Origin: Eledone cirrhosa
Taxonomy: Eukaryota
DNA: 64,000 nucleotides
Assembly: GCA_964016885.1 (NCBI GenBank)
Contig: OZ024750.1
Span: forward strand, 40,672,001 to 40,736,000
Direction: 5' to 3'
The position numbers were made by a program, and so were the translations under genes. This document shows positions 50,384 through 62,742 of this stretch, in pieces; the stretch's first letter is position 1; every line of letters starts with the position of its first letter. The notes beneath the pieces are model-generated. The model had not been told where the DNA came from. It saw only the letters and a program-made list of their open reading frames with translations, and ran no database searches.

Positions 50384-51315
50384 CACTGTATTTTTACCTA
50401 TGGAGGTCTAATAATTTATATAAATGGTTTAATGATCCAGCCACCATAGTGTTCTCACCCATGACAGAGACAGATCATACATCTGAAGGAGTTTCTTTTT
50501 TGTCCCCTCTCTGACGAGGCTTATTTGACTTTAATAAAACCTGCTCCTAGTCCAAGTGGCACCCACTTCATGTGGCACTCATGGCACGTGCCATGCTTGC
50601 TATACCCTAGTTACGGCTCTGTATTGTACCTATAATTCAAAGGGTCAGCTCATTGAGTGTATTGTACCTGTAATTCAAAGGGCCAGCCTTGTAAAACACT
50701 GGATCATATTGACTCTTTCTGAGATTTATGTTAATACAACTAAGACTGTCAATTGTCTTAACTTGTAACTATATAAATCCACAAAACCCAAGCCAGACAT
50801 AAACCAAACATCTACACAACCCCTTGAACCAACCCCTCTAAAAGTGCTTCTGGTTCTATAAAATAAAAACCACCCATTTTAAACGGTTCCTATTTAACCC
50901 TTTAGCATTTAAACCGGCCATATCTAGCCGGAATTTTCTCACTTTTTTCTGTTCAAACTGGCCTTAACTGGCCACTCATACTGATGTTAAGGTATTGTAC
51001 TTAACATAAATAATATCAAAATCTCATAGATTCGATAATGTGTGAGATATTATATGAAATAAAGCTTTTACCACAAAAATACAATAGTATGTATAGAGTA
51101 ATGTAAATATTATGTGAGATATTATGTGAGGTAAAGCCTTTACTGTGAAAATACAATAGTATATATAGAGTAATGTAAATGTTATGTGAGATATTATGTG
51201 AGGTAAAGCTTTTACTGTGAAAATACAATAGTATATATAGAGTAATGTAAATGTTATATGAGATATTATGTGAAGTAAAGCCTTTACTGTGAAAATACAA
51301 TAGTATATATAGAGT

Positions 51316-54300
51316 GGTTTCTTTATTTGCCACTAGGGCACAAAAGGTAGGGACAGATACAAGGGGGGAAGTTTACATATAATTAACGAGTACAAAAATA
51401 TAACAATGAAATAACAACAACAAACGAAGTCCTCAATAGGGAGGGGGCATTAACATGGGTCGCACACACCCCGGAAAAAATGTGTAACCCTTCTCCTCAG
51501 GAGCACAAAGAGTAGGTGCTTCCCTCGTCTCCTCTTTTTCCTCTTCTTTCACCTACAGGCTGATATAGAGAGAAGACCCATTCACTCTGGCCATTCTCCC
51601 TACTTTCACCCACCTTTCATAAAACTTGCTGGGGTAGAGCATCTCTCTCTCCATTCTGATCCTTCTTTTAAAATGGTATTTGAAAAAGGGGACCAGTTGT
51701 TGGCCGGAGAGAAAGGTGTCTGACCTCAGCCCTTTCAGCCTCGTCCACCATACAACTTCTTTAGCCATGGCTACCACACAGAGAAAAACCGCCTCTCCTT
51801 CGTTTTTGAAAGGGGGAGGCGGTTTGATCGTGACAATGGACTCGGTGGTCAACCGGATTGGTCCCACCCTCGACAGTAGTCGTTCCACATAGCCCCACAG
51901 GTCAGCAATGCCTGGGCAGTGTACGAATGCGTGCGCAACGGTTTCGTCATCATGCACGCATCTCGGACAGATCTTATTCAAAGGATCTCTACCCAGGCTC
52001 CCATGCCTGTGGAGCTTGTCTCGAACGGGTAGAGCCCCTCGGTAGCACTGCCAAGCCAGGGACTTTTGGAAGTTGTCCATCGGTCCAGGACCAAACGTCC
52101 TACCGAACAGACTGGCCAGTTCATCTTCCTCCATGCCTAGAGCTTCTCCGAGAGCATCGTCGCACCTGCTGCGTACCAACCCTCTATAGAATGTCGACGT
52201 GGAGTCTCCACTGATTGCCGGGTCCGCTTTCCAGAGGGCCGTGAGCACCTAGGCACATTCAATGTGCCAGTCGCCCACTTTTCTCGGTCTTTGCTTGACC
52301 CAGGATTGCAGCTCGGTGAGCGAGACGAGTCTGGGAAAGGCTCGCCTCACAAACGGGGCCCACACCGGTTGACCGGTGAGGAATACCTGGAGGTGCCGTA
52401 GCCTTAATGCGTGTTTACGCATCTGTAGCCACGGCATCCCCAGCCCTCCTTTCGAAGGGTGTTGACAGCAGATGGATCTCCTCACCAAAGGGGTCCGCTT
52501 GTTCCAAAGAAATTGGAACAGCGCGCACTCCATTTTGGCGAGTCTTTTCACTGGGCAAGGCACGACGGTCAAGCGGTAGTAGATGACGGATGCTATATAA
52601 GTATTCGCCACCTCCGCTCGACCTTTCAGGGATAGTTTGCACTGGGCCCACTTCTGGGTGAGTGCAAACACCCTGGCCGTTACCTCGTTCCAGTTTTTCT
52701 CCACCTGGAGGTCTGGTCCGAACCAGACCCCAAGCAGCTTCACCGGGCCCTCCGTCCAGCGTCCGACGACGTCGTTGGAGGGCATCGGTTTGCCTCTCCA
52801 TGTTCCGAGTTGCAAACCGACGGACTTGTCCCGGTTCAGCTTGGCTCCTGTAAACCTTTCATATTCCTCCAGTAAGGTGCCGATCTCACCGATTTGTGAG
52901 GTTTTCGACACCATTACTGTCACGTCATCGGCGTAGGCCGACGCCGCTTTCTGCAATCCCGGTTCCAAAGGGATGCCCTGCAACCGCTCCAACTTCCGCA
53001 GTAGTGGCTCAAGAGCCAGCACATACAGTAGGGAGGAGAGAGGGCATCCCTGTCGGATGGATCGCATGATTTGGAACGGCTCCGAGAGGTGGCCGTTCAC
53101 CTTGACCCTTGAGCAGACGTTGCTGCTGTGCATCGCAGCAATCCAACCCCTGAAAACGGGTCCGAAGCCTGCCGCCGCGAGCACCGCATCCAGGTAACGA
53201 TGGTCAACCCTATCGAAAGCTTTAGATTGATCCAAGTTGATCAGGGCCCCACCAAAGCCGGGTTCATTCCCTACCCTCTCTATGATGTATCGCATAAGGT
53301 GGAGATTGTCGTGAATGGACCTGGACGGGATTGCGCATGTCTGCGCTTCTCCCACCAGGTTTCCAACGACAAGCGCCAACCTCTTCGCTAACACCTTGGC
53401 CAAAATCTTTAACTCTGTATTTAGCAGAGTTATGGGTCTGAAGTTACTTATGTCATCCCCCTTGTTCTCATCCTTCCTCACCAGCATAACTACGCCCTTG
53501 GTCACAGAACTGGGAATTCTCCCGTTCTGCTGCCAGTTGCAGTAGACCGCTTCGAGGATATCGGAGAACAAGTCCGGCATCGCTACATATAGCTCGTATG
53601 GTAGACCATCGAGACCCGGGGATTTGCGTTTGCCGCATTGGCTCAGCGCCGCCCCTATCTCAGCAGCTGAAATCGTCCTTTCGCAGGACTTCGCGTCCGA
53701 GAGGCGCGGCAGACCGTCGAGGTATGGATTGAAATCCATAGTCTCACCCGGCGCGCCGCCCCTCTCGAACAGTCGTGCAAAGTGCCGCTGAAAGGCCGCA
53801 CACATCTGCCCAGGTTCAAGGATCACACGCCCATCCTGGTCCTTCAAAGACCGAATCGTGGACTTGTTCCCACTTTTTGCCTCTGTCACTCGGGCCCAGC
53901 TCACAGCTTTGGCTCCCTCATTACCCAGAGCACGTATTTTACTTCTGACAACGCAGCCTTCATGCTTCACCTCAAAGAACTGGTCTAAGGCCATTCTTGA
54001 TGCCAGCACGCCGGCTACATTGCCACTCCTAATCGCCTCTTCTACTCTATCTACTAATTCCCTTTCCGTCTTGATCCTATCCCTTGCTAATTCCTGACTA
54101 AAACCTATCGATTCTATTCTAATTGCTCTCTTAAGAGAGCTCCACCACCTGTTGTTGACAATTGCCCCTGTCAAACTCTGCTTAACTAACGTGCTAATCC
54201 GTTTACTGTAAGCTTTGCTTCTCGGTAAGGACAAGTTCAGTTTCCAGTAACCGGGTCCCTGTCTATGGGTTCTATCAAGGTTGGCTATGCAGGTCACTAA

Positions 54301-56838
54301 CTTGTGATCCGAATAGTCAACCATGAACATTTTTGGACAGCTAAATGTGTCCCTATCGTTCTCTCTAACTAGGACCCTATCTAGGTACGACCTAGATGTT
54401 CCACTGCGATTGGTCCACGTCCATAGTGGTACAGTCGGAAAATCTAGTCGATATCTATCGGCCAGGTCAAATCGGCCGATTAACCTTTTGAGGCTTTTAC
54501 ACCCCCCTCTATTGGCACATGCCCCTACATAGTCCCAACGTGCATCCAGGATACCATTCCAGTCCCCCACTAAAAGCAAGGAGCGGGACGTTCCCAGAAA
54601 AGTTTCCAGACGTTGGAAGTATTCCGGCCGCGCTGCCCAAAAAGGGGCGTACACAGCTATTAGTCTAAGGGCTCCACTTTCACTACTGCCGACGTCTAAA
54701 ACCACCAGTCGACCCTCCGGGTCCAGGTGCACCTTCTGTATGGCGAGGCCCAGGTATTTTCGCAGCAGAACGACAACTCCACCCCCACCCCCCGGTTGAC
54801 AGAGAGATGCGAAGATCTCAAAGTCGTCGAAGAGGGGCGCCAGTTGGTGCTCGCTGCTGATCCTGGACTCGCAAATAGCCATTACATCCATTCTATGCGA
54901 CCTGAGATCGTTTAAAAGTTTGCCTTGTTTCCAAGACAGTCCCAGGCCACGTACATTCAGACACCCAACTCTTATATCAGCCATGTTGGTTAAAAGAGGA
55001 AGGACCTACCTGTTCGGCTCCTGAGGAGCAGGTTGCACAATATCCATGGGCGTATTGGAGGGGTTGTTTGGTGGGGTGTTGTTCTGTGGTGGAGTGGGGG
55101 TGTTTGGTGAGGTGTGGGTGGGGAAACGTTTCAAGAGGACGCGGTTATAGGGTCGAGTACATGTTTTCCCCACGTCCTCAGGAAAGTTCTCTCTTAGTTT
55201 TGCATAGGTGTCCATTGGGAGTCTTATCATTTTTAAATGCGGTTTGTTGGCCGCGCTTGCAAAGAATTGCCCTTCAGTTTCCACCAAAGGGTCTTTGTGT
55301 ATTGTTTTTACTAGTTCTTTGTTATTTGTGTTAATGTATGTATACTGTTTTATTTGTGTTGTGTTTGTTTGTTGTTCTTGTGTGTGCTTATGTTTTGTTG
55401 TATGTGTTATGTTTTGGGGTGGGGCGGATTTTGTTTGTTCTGTTTGTTTTGTTTTTGTTGGTGGTTGTGTGTTTGTTTCGTTTATGTTCGAGTGGTGCTT
55501 TCTTTTTTTCCTTTTTACAGGTTGGAAGGGTTCCCCCTCTTCGTCACTAGGTGCCGTTTCCGCTGGGTCCTCGTCCGTGCTGTCGGGTAGTGGTGTATTT
55601 TGGGGTTTTGTTGTATTTGTGTGTGTTTTGGGAGTTGTTTTGGGTGGGGCCGTGTCTTGTGTTATTTTTCCGTGTTGTTTTTGTTGTTGTTGTTGTGGTG
55701 GTGGTGGTGGCGGTGGTGGTGTGTGGGGTGTAGGCAAAAGAGCCTTTTTTTTTTGTCAATTGAGGACAAGCAGCCCTTAGATGACCCCTGCTTGAACAGT
55801 AGTAACATATGGGCCTCCTACCCTCGGCTGAAATATATATAAATGTTTCTCCATCGAGGGACACCTTCTGTGGTATTCTAGCTATTCGTTCTGGTCTCAT
55901 TTGGACCAGAACCTCCACGCTCAAACCGCCGAAAACGTCTGTGGTGACTTCTCCTACTGAGAGGATTCCGTCCTCGTCTTCTAAAAATCCTGTTAGTACC
56001 CAGGAAATGCATGCATTTGGCCGGATTCCGGAGACCCTTATCTTCTGCGTTCTTTTCCCTAAATATGTGGGGAAAAATGTATGTAGCTTGGAAACAATTG
56101 GTGCCACAGAGTATTTCCTGGCCGTCAATTGATCCTTCATTAGGACCGTTATATTCCCATAGAGTGGCCCTTTTTGTATGAACGATATATCACTCCACAC
56201 ATTTTTTAGGACCAGCTCAATCTCTTTTTGGGATAATTGAGTTGGTTTCCTTGTTATGTTGGAAATTGTTCTGAAAGATATCGTTCTTAGCGTCGCGTCT
56301 CTTTTGATTTCTTGTGGGGAGGTGATTGTGAAGTCTCCTCCTTCTTTGAAAGTTACATACTGTTTCGCTTCCTTCATCTTTTCTCTCAGAGTTGTAATGT
56401 CCAGTTGCTTGCAGGTTTGTGTTTTCCGGACCGCCTGTGCAAAGGAAGCACCAGTAGTGGGTTCGCTTTGTTTGGTGTTATCGTTATTTTTTCCTTGGTT
56501 GGTGTTGTGACTATTGCTGTTATTGTCGTTGTTTTTGTCTACGTTTATGTGACTTTCTGGGTTTTCACCCATTTTTACAAATTTTTCTTTTAATTCCGTG
56601 TTCCATGTTTCTTTTGCAGAAGTCAGGAGGGAAGACTTAGAGCCTTGTGCTTCTAGCTTCTCTGTATCACCTTTCTTAGGGGGCGTGGCTTTCACGTTAG
56701 GATGAGATGTGAAAATTCCGTCCATTTCTATTAGTTTGCCGTAATAAATTTTAAACTGGAAAATTCGCCCCAAAAAGGGGCGAAAATGAATAAACTCAAA
56801 GTTTGACGACCAAGGCAAGGGGTTAACGTATATTACAG

Positions 56839-56874
<36 letters not shown>

Positions 56875-56957
56875 CAAAACTCACTTTTTGAGTAAGTAAA
56901 TCCGACTCGGTAGCCAAGCTTGTTCACACACGTCAACACACGTCTCTCGTATACGAG
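51316..56957 (-). mobile_element. Tx1-like LINE copy 2 (full length, defective)
   Basis: Near-identical to copy 1. ORF1 is frameshifted in an A-run near 55745-55754; ORF2 has a CAG>TAG stop at 52249-52251. Confidence 0.93.
51553..54984 (-). pseudogene. ORF2 of copy 2 with premature stop
   Basis: 911-aa and 231-aa segments in the same frame, split by TAG after HIECA. Confidence 0.9.
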
Positions 56958-57022
56958 ATGTTATGTGAGATATTATGTGAGGTAAAGCCTTTACTGTGAA
57001 AATACAATAGTATATATAGAGT

Positions 57023-60000
57023 GGTTTCTTTATTTGCCACTAGGGCACAAAAGGTAGGGACAGATACAAGGGGGGAAGTTTACATATAATTAACGAGTAC
57101 AAAAATATAACAATGAAATAACAACAACAAACGAAGTCCTCAATAGGGAGGGGGCATTAACATGGGTCGCACACACCCCGGAAAAAATGTGTAACCCTTC
57201 TCCTCAGGAGCACAAAGAGTAGGTGCTTCCCTCGTCTCCTCTTTTTCCTCTTCTTTCACCTACAGGCTGATATAGAGAGAAGACCCATTCACTCTGGCCA
57301 TTCTCCCTACTTTCACCCACCTTTCATAAAACTTGCTGGGGTAGAGCACCTCTCTCTCCATTCTGATCCTTCTTTTAAAATGGTATTTGAAAAAGGGGAC
57401 CAGTTGTTGGCCGGAGAGAAAGGTGTCTGACCTCAGCCCTTTCAGCCTCGTCCACCATACAACTTCTTTAGCCATGGCTACCACACAGAGAAAAACCGCC
57501 TCTCCTTCGTTTTTGAAAGGGGGAGGCGGTTTGATCGTGACAATGGACTCGGTGGTCAACCGGATTGGTCCCACCCTCGACAGTAGTCGTTGCACATAGC
57601 CCCACAGGTCAGCAATGCCTGGGCAGTGTACGAATGCGTGCGCAACGGTTTCGTCATCATGCACGCATCTCGGACAGATCTTATTCAAAGGATCTCTACC
57701 CAGGCTCCCATGCCTGTGGAGCTTGTCTCGAACAGGTAGAGCCCCTCGGTAGCACTGCCAAGCCAGGGACTTTTGGAAGTTGTCCATCGGTCCAGGGCCA
57801 AACGTCCTACCGAACAGACTGGCCAGTTCATCTTCCTCCATGCCTAGAGCTTCTCCGAGAGCATCGTCGCACCTGCTGCGTACCAACCCTCTATAGAATG
57901 TCGAGGTGGAGTCTCCACTGATTGCCGGGTCCGCTTTCCAGAGGGCCGTGAGCGCCTGGGCACATTCAATGTGCCAGTCGCCCACTTTTCTCGGTCTTTG
58001 CTTGACCCAGGATTGCAGCTCGGTGAGCGAGACGAGTCTAGGAAAGGCTCGCCTCACAAACGGGGCCCACACCGGTTGACCGGTGAGGAATACCTGGAGG
58101 TGCCGTAGCCTTAATGCGTGTTTACGCATCTGTAGCCACGGCATCCCCAGCCCTCCTTTCGAAGGGTGTTGACAGCAGATGGATCTCCTCACCAAAGGGG
58201 TTCGCTTGTTCCAAAGAAATTGGAACAGCGCGCACTCCATTTTGGCGAGTCTTTTCACTGGGCAAGGCACGACGGTCAAGCGGTAGTAGATGACGGATGC
58301 TATATAAGTATTCGCCACCTCCGCTCGACCTTTCAGGGATAGTTTGCACTGGGCCCACTTCTGGGTGAGTGCAAACACCCTGGCCGTTACCTCGTTCCAG
58401 TTTTTCTCCACCTGGAGGTCTGGTCCGAACCAGACCCCAAGCAGCTTCACCGGGCCCTCCGTCCAGCGTCCGACGACGTCGTTGGAGGGCATCGGTTTGC
58501 CTCTCCATGTTCCGAGTTGCAAACCGACGGACTTGTCCCGGTTCAGCTTGACTCCTGTAAACCTTTCATATTCCTCCAGTAAGGTGCCGATCTCACCGAT
58601 TTGCGAGGTTTTCGACACCATTACTGTCACGTCATCGGCGTAGGCCGACGCCGCTTTCTGCAATCCCGGTTCCAAAGGGATGCCCTGCAACCGCTCCAAC
58701 TTCCGCAGTAGTGGCTCAAGAGCCAGCACATACAGTAGGGAGGAGAGAGGGCATCCCTGTCGGATGGATCGCATGATTTGGAACGGCTCCGAGAGGTGGC
58801 CGTTCACCTTGACCCTTGAGCAGACGTTGCTGCTGTGCATCGCAGCAATCCAACCCCTGAAAACGGGTCCGAAGCCTGCCGCCGCGAGCACCGCATCCAG
58901 GTAACGATGGTCAACCCTATCGAAAGCTTTAGATTGATCCAAGTTGATCAGGGCCCCACCAAAGCCGGGTTCATTCCCTACCCTCTCTATGATGTATCGC
59001 ATAAGGTGGAGATTGTCGTGAATGGACCTGGACGGGATTGCGCATGTCTGCGCTTCTCCCACCAGGTTTCCAACGACAAGCGCCAACCTCTTCACTAACA
59101 CCTTGGCCAAAATCTTTAACTCTGTATTTAGCAGAGTTATGGGTCTGAAGTTACTTATGTCATCCCCCTTGTTCTCATCCTTCCTCACCAGCATAACTAC
59201 GCCCTTGGTCACAGAACTGGGAATTCTCCCGTTCTGCTGCCAGTTGCAGTAGACCGCTTCGAGGATATCGGAGAACAAGTCCGGCATCGCTACATATAGC
59301 TCGTATGGTAGACCATCGAGACCCGGGGATTTGCGTTTGCCGCATTGGCTCAGCGCCGCCCCTATCTCAGCAGCTGAAATCGTCCTTTCGCAGGACTTCG
59401 CGTCCGAGAGGCGCGGCAGACCGTCGAGGTATGGATTGAAATCCATAGTCTCACCCGGCGCGCCGCCCCTCTCGAACAGTCGTGCAAAGTGCCGCTGAAA
59501 GGCCGCACACATCTGCCCAGGTTCAAGGATCACACGCCCATCCTGGTCCTTCAAAGACCGAATCGTGGACTTGTTCCCACTTTTTGCCTCTGTCACTCGG
59601 GCCCAGCTCACAGCTTTGGCTCCCTCATTACCCAGAGCACGTATTTTACTCCTGACAACGCAGCCTTCATGCTTCACCTCAAAGAACTGGTCTAAGGCCA
59701 TTCTTGATGCCAGCACGCCGGCTACATTGCCACTCCTAATCGCCTCTTCTACTCTATCTACTAATTCCCTTTCCGTCTTGTTCCTATCCCTTGCTAATTC
59801 CTGACTAAAACCTATCGATTCTATTCTAATTGCTCTCTTAAGAGAGCTCCACCACCTGTTGTTGACAATTGCCCCTGTCAAACTCTGCTTAACTAACGTG
59901 CTAATCCGTTTACTGTAAGCTTTGCTTCTCGGTAAGGACAAGTTCAGCTTCCAGTAACCGGGTCCCTGTCTATGGGTTCTATCAAGGTTGGCTATGCAGG

Positions 60001-62558
60001 TCACTAACTTGTGATCCGAATAGTCAACCATGAACATTTTTGGACAGCTAAATGTGTCCCTATCGTTCTCTCTAACTAGGACCCTATCTAGGTACGACCT
60101 AGATGTTCCACTGCGATTGGTCCACGTCCATAGTGGTACAGTCGGAAAATCTAGTCGATATCTATCGGCCAGGTCAAATCGGCCGATTAACCTTTTGAGG
60201 CTTTTACACCCCCCTCTATTGGCACATGCCCCTACATAGTCCCAACGTGCATCCAGGATACCATTCCAGTCCCCCACTAAAAGCAAGGAGCGGGACGTTC
60301 CCAGAAAAGTTTCCAGACGTTGGAAGTATTCCGGCTGCGCTGCCCAAAAAGGGGCATACACAGCTATTAGTCTAAGGGCTCCACTTTCACTACTGCCGAC
60401 GTCTAAAACCACCAGTCGACCCTCCGGGTCAAGGTGCACCTTCTGTATGGCGAGGCCCAGGTGTTTTTGCAGCAGAACGACAACTCCACCCCCACCCCCC
60501 GGTTGACAGAGAGATGCGAAGATCTCAAAGTCGTCGAAGAGGGGCGCCAGTTGGTGCTCGCTGCTGATCCTGGACTCGCAAATAGCCATTACATCCATTC
60601 TATGCGACCTGAGATCGTTTAAAAGTTTGCCTTGTTTCCAAGACAGTCCCAGGCCACGTACATTCAGACACCCAACTCTTATATCAGCCATGTTGGTTAA
60701 AAGAGGAAGGACCTACCTGTTCGGTTCCTGAGGAGCAGGTTGCACAATATCCATGGGCGTATTGGAGGGGTTGTTTGGTGGGGTGTTGTTCTGTGGTGGA
60801 GTGGGGGTGTTTGGTGAGGTGTGGGTGGGGAAACGTTTCAAGAGGACGCGGTTATAGGGTCGAGTACATGTTTTCCCCACGTCCTCAGGAAAGTTCTCTC
60901 TTAGTTTTGCATAGGTGTCCATTGGGAGTCTTATCATTTTTAAATGCGGTTTGTTGGCCGCGCTTGCAAAGAATTGCCCTTCAGTTTCCACCAAAGGGTC
61001 TTTGTGTATTGTTTTTACTAGTTCTTTGTTATTTGTGTTAATGTATGTATACTGTTTTATTTGTGTTGTGTTTGTTTGTTGTTCTTGTGTGTGCTTACGT
61101 TTTGTTGTATGTGTTATGTTTTGGGGTGGGGCGGATTTTGTTTGTTCTGTTTGTTTTGTTTTTGTTGGTGGTTGTGTGTTTGTTTCGTTTATGTTCGAGT
61201 GGTGCTTTCTTTTTTTTTCCTTTTTACAGGTTGGAAGGGTTCCCCCTCTTCGTCACTAGGTGCCGTTTCCGCTGGGTCCTCGTCCGTGCTGTCGGGTAGT
61301 GGTGTATTTTGGGGTTTTGTTGTACTTGTGTGTGTTTTGGGAGTTGTTTTGGGTGGGGCCGTGTCTTGTGTTATTTTTCCGTGTTGTTTTTGTTGTTGTA
61401 GTGGTGGTGGTGGTGGTGGTGGTGGTGGCGGTGGTGGTGTGTGGGGTGTAGGCAAAAGAGCCTTTTTTTTTGTCAATTGAGGACAAGCAGCCCTTAGATG
61501 ACCCCTGCTTGAACAGTAGTAACATATGGGCCTCCTACCCTCGGCTGAAATATATATAAATGTTTCTCCATCGAGGGACACCTTCTGTGGTATTCTAGCT
61601 ATTCGTTCTGGTTTCATTTGGACCAGAACCTCCACGCTCAAACCGCCGAAAACGTCTGTGGTGACTTCTCCTACTGAGAGGATTCCGTCCTCGTCTTCTA
61701 AAAATCCTGTTAGTACCCAGGAAATGCATGCATTTGGCCGGATTCCGGAGACCCTTATCTTCTGCGTTCTTTTCCCTAAATATGTGGGGAAAAATGTATG
61801 TAGCTTGGAAACAATTGGTGCCACAGAGTATTTCCTGGCCGTCAATTGATCCTTCATTAGGACCGTTATATTCCCATAGAGTGGCCCTTTTTGTATGAAC
61901 GATATATCACTCCACACATTTTTTAGGACCAGCTCAATCTCTTTTTGGGATAATTGAGTTGGTCTCCTTGTTATGTTGGAAATTGTTCTGAAAGATATCG
62001 TTCTTAGCGTCGTGTCTCTTTTGATTTCTTGTGGGGAGGTGATTGTGAAGTCTCCTCCTTCTTTGAAAGTTACATACTGTTTCGCTTCCTTCATCTTTTC
62101 TCTCAGAGTTGTAATGTCCAGTTGCTTGCAGGTTTGTGTTTTCCGGACCGCCTGTGCAAAGGAGGCACCAGTAGTGGGTTCGCTTTGTTTGGTGTTATCG
62201 TTATTTTTTCCTTGGTTGGTGTTGTGACTATTGCTGTTATTGTCGTTGTTGTTTTTGTCTGCGTTTATGTGACTTTCTGGGTTTTCACCCATTTTTACAA
62301 ATTTTTCTTTTAATTCCGTGTTCCATGTTTCTTTTGCAGAAGTCAGGAGGGAAGACTTAGAGCCTTGTGCTTCTAGCTTCTCTGTATCACCTTTCTTAGG
62401 GGGCGTGGCTTTCACGTTAGGATGAGATGTGAAAATTCCGTCCATTTCTATTAGTTTGCCGTAATAAATTTTAAACTGGAAAATTCGCCCCAAAAAGGGG
62501 CGAAAATGAATAAACTCAAAGTTTGACGACCAAGGCAAGGGGTTAACGTATATTACAG

Positions 62559-62594
<36 letters not shown>

Positions 62595-62677
62595 CAAAAC
62601 TCACTTTTTGAGTAAGTAAATCCGACTCGGTAGCCAAGCTTGTTCACACACGTCAACACACGTCTCTCGTATACGAG
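57023..62677 (-). mobile_element. Tx1-like LINE copy 3 (ORF2 intact, ORF1 frameshifted)
   Basis: ORF2 of 1143 aa intact; ORF1 has +1 A in the run near 61210-61218 (real or sequencing homopolymer error). Confidence 0.93.
57260..60691 (-). CDS. Intact ORF2 of copy 3 (APE-RT-CCHC)
   Basis: Same motifs as copy 1; 6-bp deletion relative to copy 1 (SDAKS vs SDAEAKS). Confidence 0.92.
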   Translation of the reverse strand: MADIRVGCLNVRGLGLSWKQGKLLNDLRSHRMDVMAICESRISSEHQLAPLFDDFEIFASLCQPGGGGGVVVLLQKHLGLAIQKVHLDPEGRLVVLDVGSSESGALRLIAVYAPFWAAQPEYFQRLETFLGTSRSLLLVGDWNGILDARWDYVGACANRGGCKSLKRLIGRFDLADRYRLDFPTVPLWTWTNRSGTSRSYLDRVLVRENDRDTFSCPKMFMVDYSDHKLVTCIANLDRTHRQGPGYWKLNLSLPRSKAYSKRISTLVKQSLTGAIVNNRWWSSLKRAIRIESIGFSQELARDRNKTERELVDRVEEAIRSGNVAGVLASRMALDQFFEVKHEGCVVRSKIRALGNEGAKAVSWARVTEAKSGNKSTIRSLKDQDGRVILEPGQMCAAFQRHFARLFERGGAPGETMDFNPYLDGLPRLSDAKSCERTISAAEIGAALSQCGKRKSPGLDGLPYELYVAMPDLFSDILEAVYCNWQQNGRIPSSVTKGVVMLVRKDENKGDDISNFRPITLLNTELKILAKVLVKRLALVVGNLVGEAQTCAIPSRSIHDNLHLMRYIIERVGNEPGFGGALINLDQSKAFDRVDHRYLDAVLAAAGFGPVFRGWIAAMHSSNVCSRVKVNGHLSEPFQIMRSIRQGCPLSSLLYVLALEPLLRKLERLQGIPLEPGLQKAASAYADDVTVMVSKTSQIGEIGTLLEEYERFTGVKLNRDKSVGLQLGTWRGKPMPSNDVVGRWTEGPVKLLGVWFGPDLQVEKNWNEVTARVFALTQKWAQCKLSLKGRAEVANTYIASVIYYRLTVVPCPVKRLAKMECALFQFLWNKRTPLVRRSICCQHPSKGGLGMPWLQMRKHALRLRHLQVFLTGQPVWAPFVRRAFPRLVSLTELQSWVKQRPRKVGDWHIECAQALTALWKADPAISGDSTSTFYRGLVRSRCDDALGEALGMEEDELASLFGRTFGPGPMDNFQKSLAWQCYRGALPVRDKLHRHGSLGRDPLNKICPRCVHDDETVAHAFVHCPGIADLWGYVQRLLSRVGPIRLTTESIVTIKPPPPFKNEGEAVFLCVVAMAKEVVWWTRLKGLRSDTFLSGQQLVPFFKYHFKRRIRMEREVLYPSKFYERWVKVGRMARVNGSSLYISL

Positions 62678-62742
62678 ATGTTATGTGAGATATTATGTGA
62701 GGTAAAGCCTTTACTGTGAAAATACAATAGTATATATAGAGT

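Noticed and set aside
51316-62677. Mosaic/recombinant origin of copy 2 from copies 1 and 3
   Set aside because: The amino-acid differences fit a simple tree (1,(2,(3,4))); copy 2's matches to copy 1 are ancestral states.
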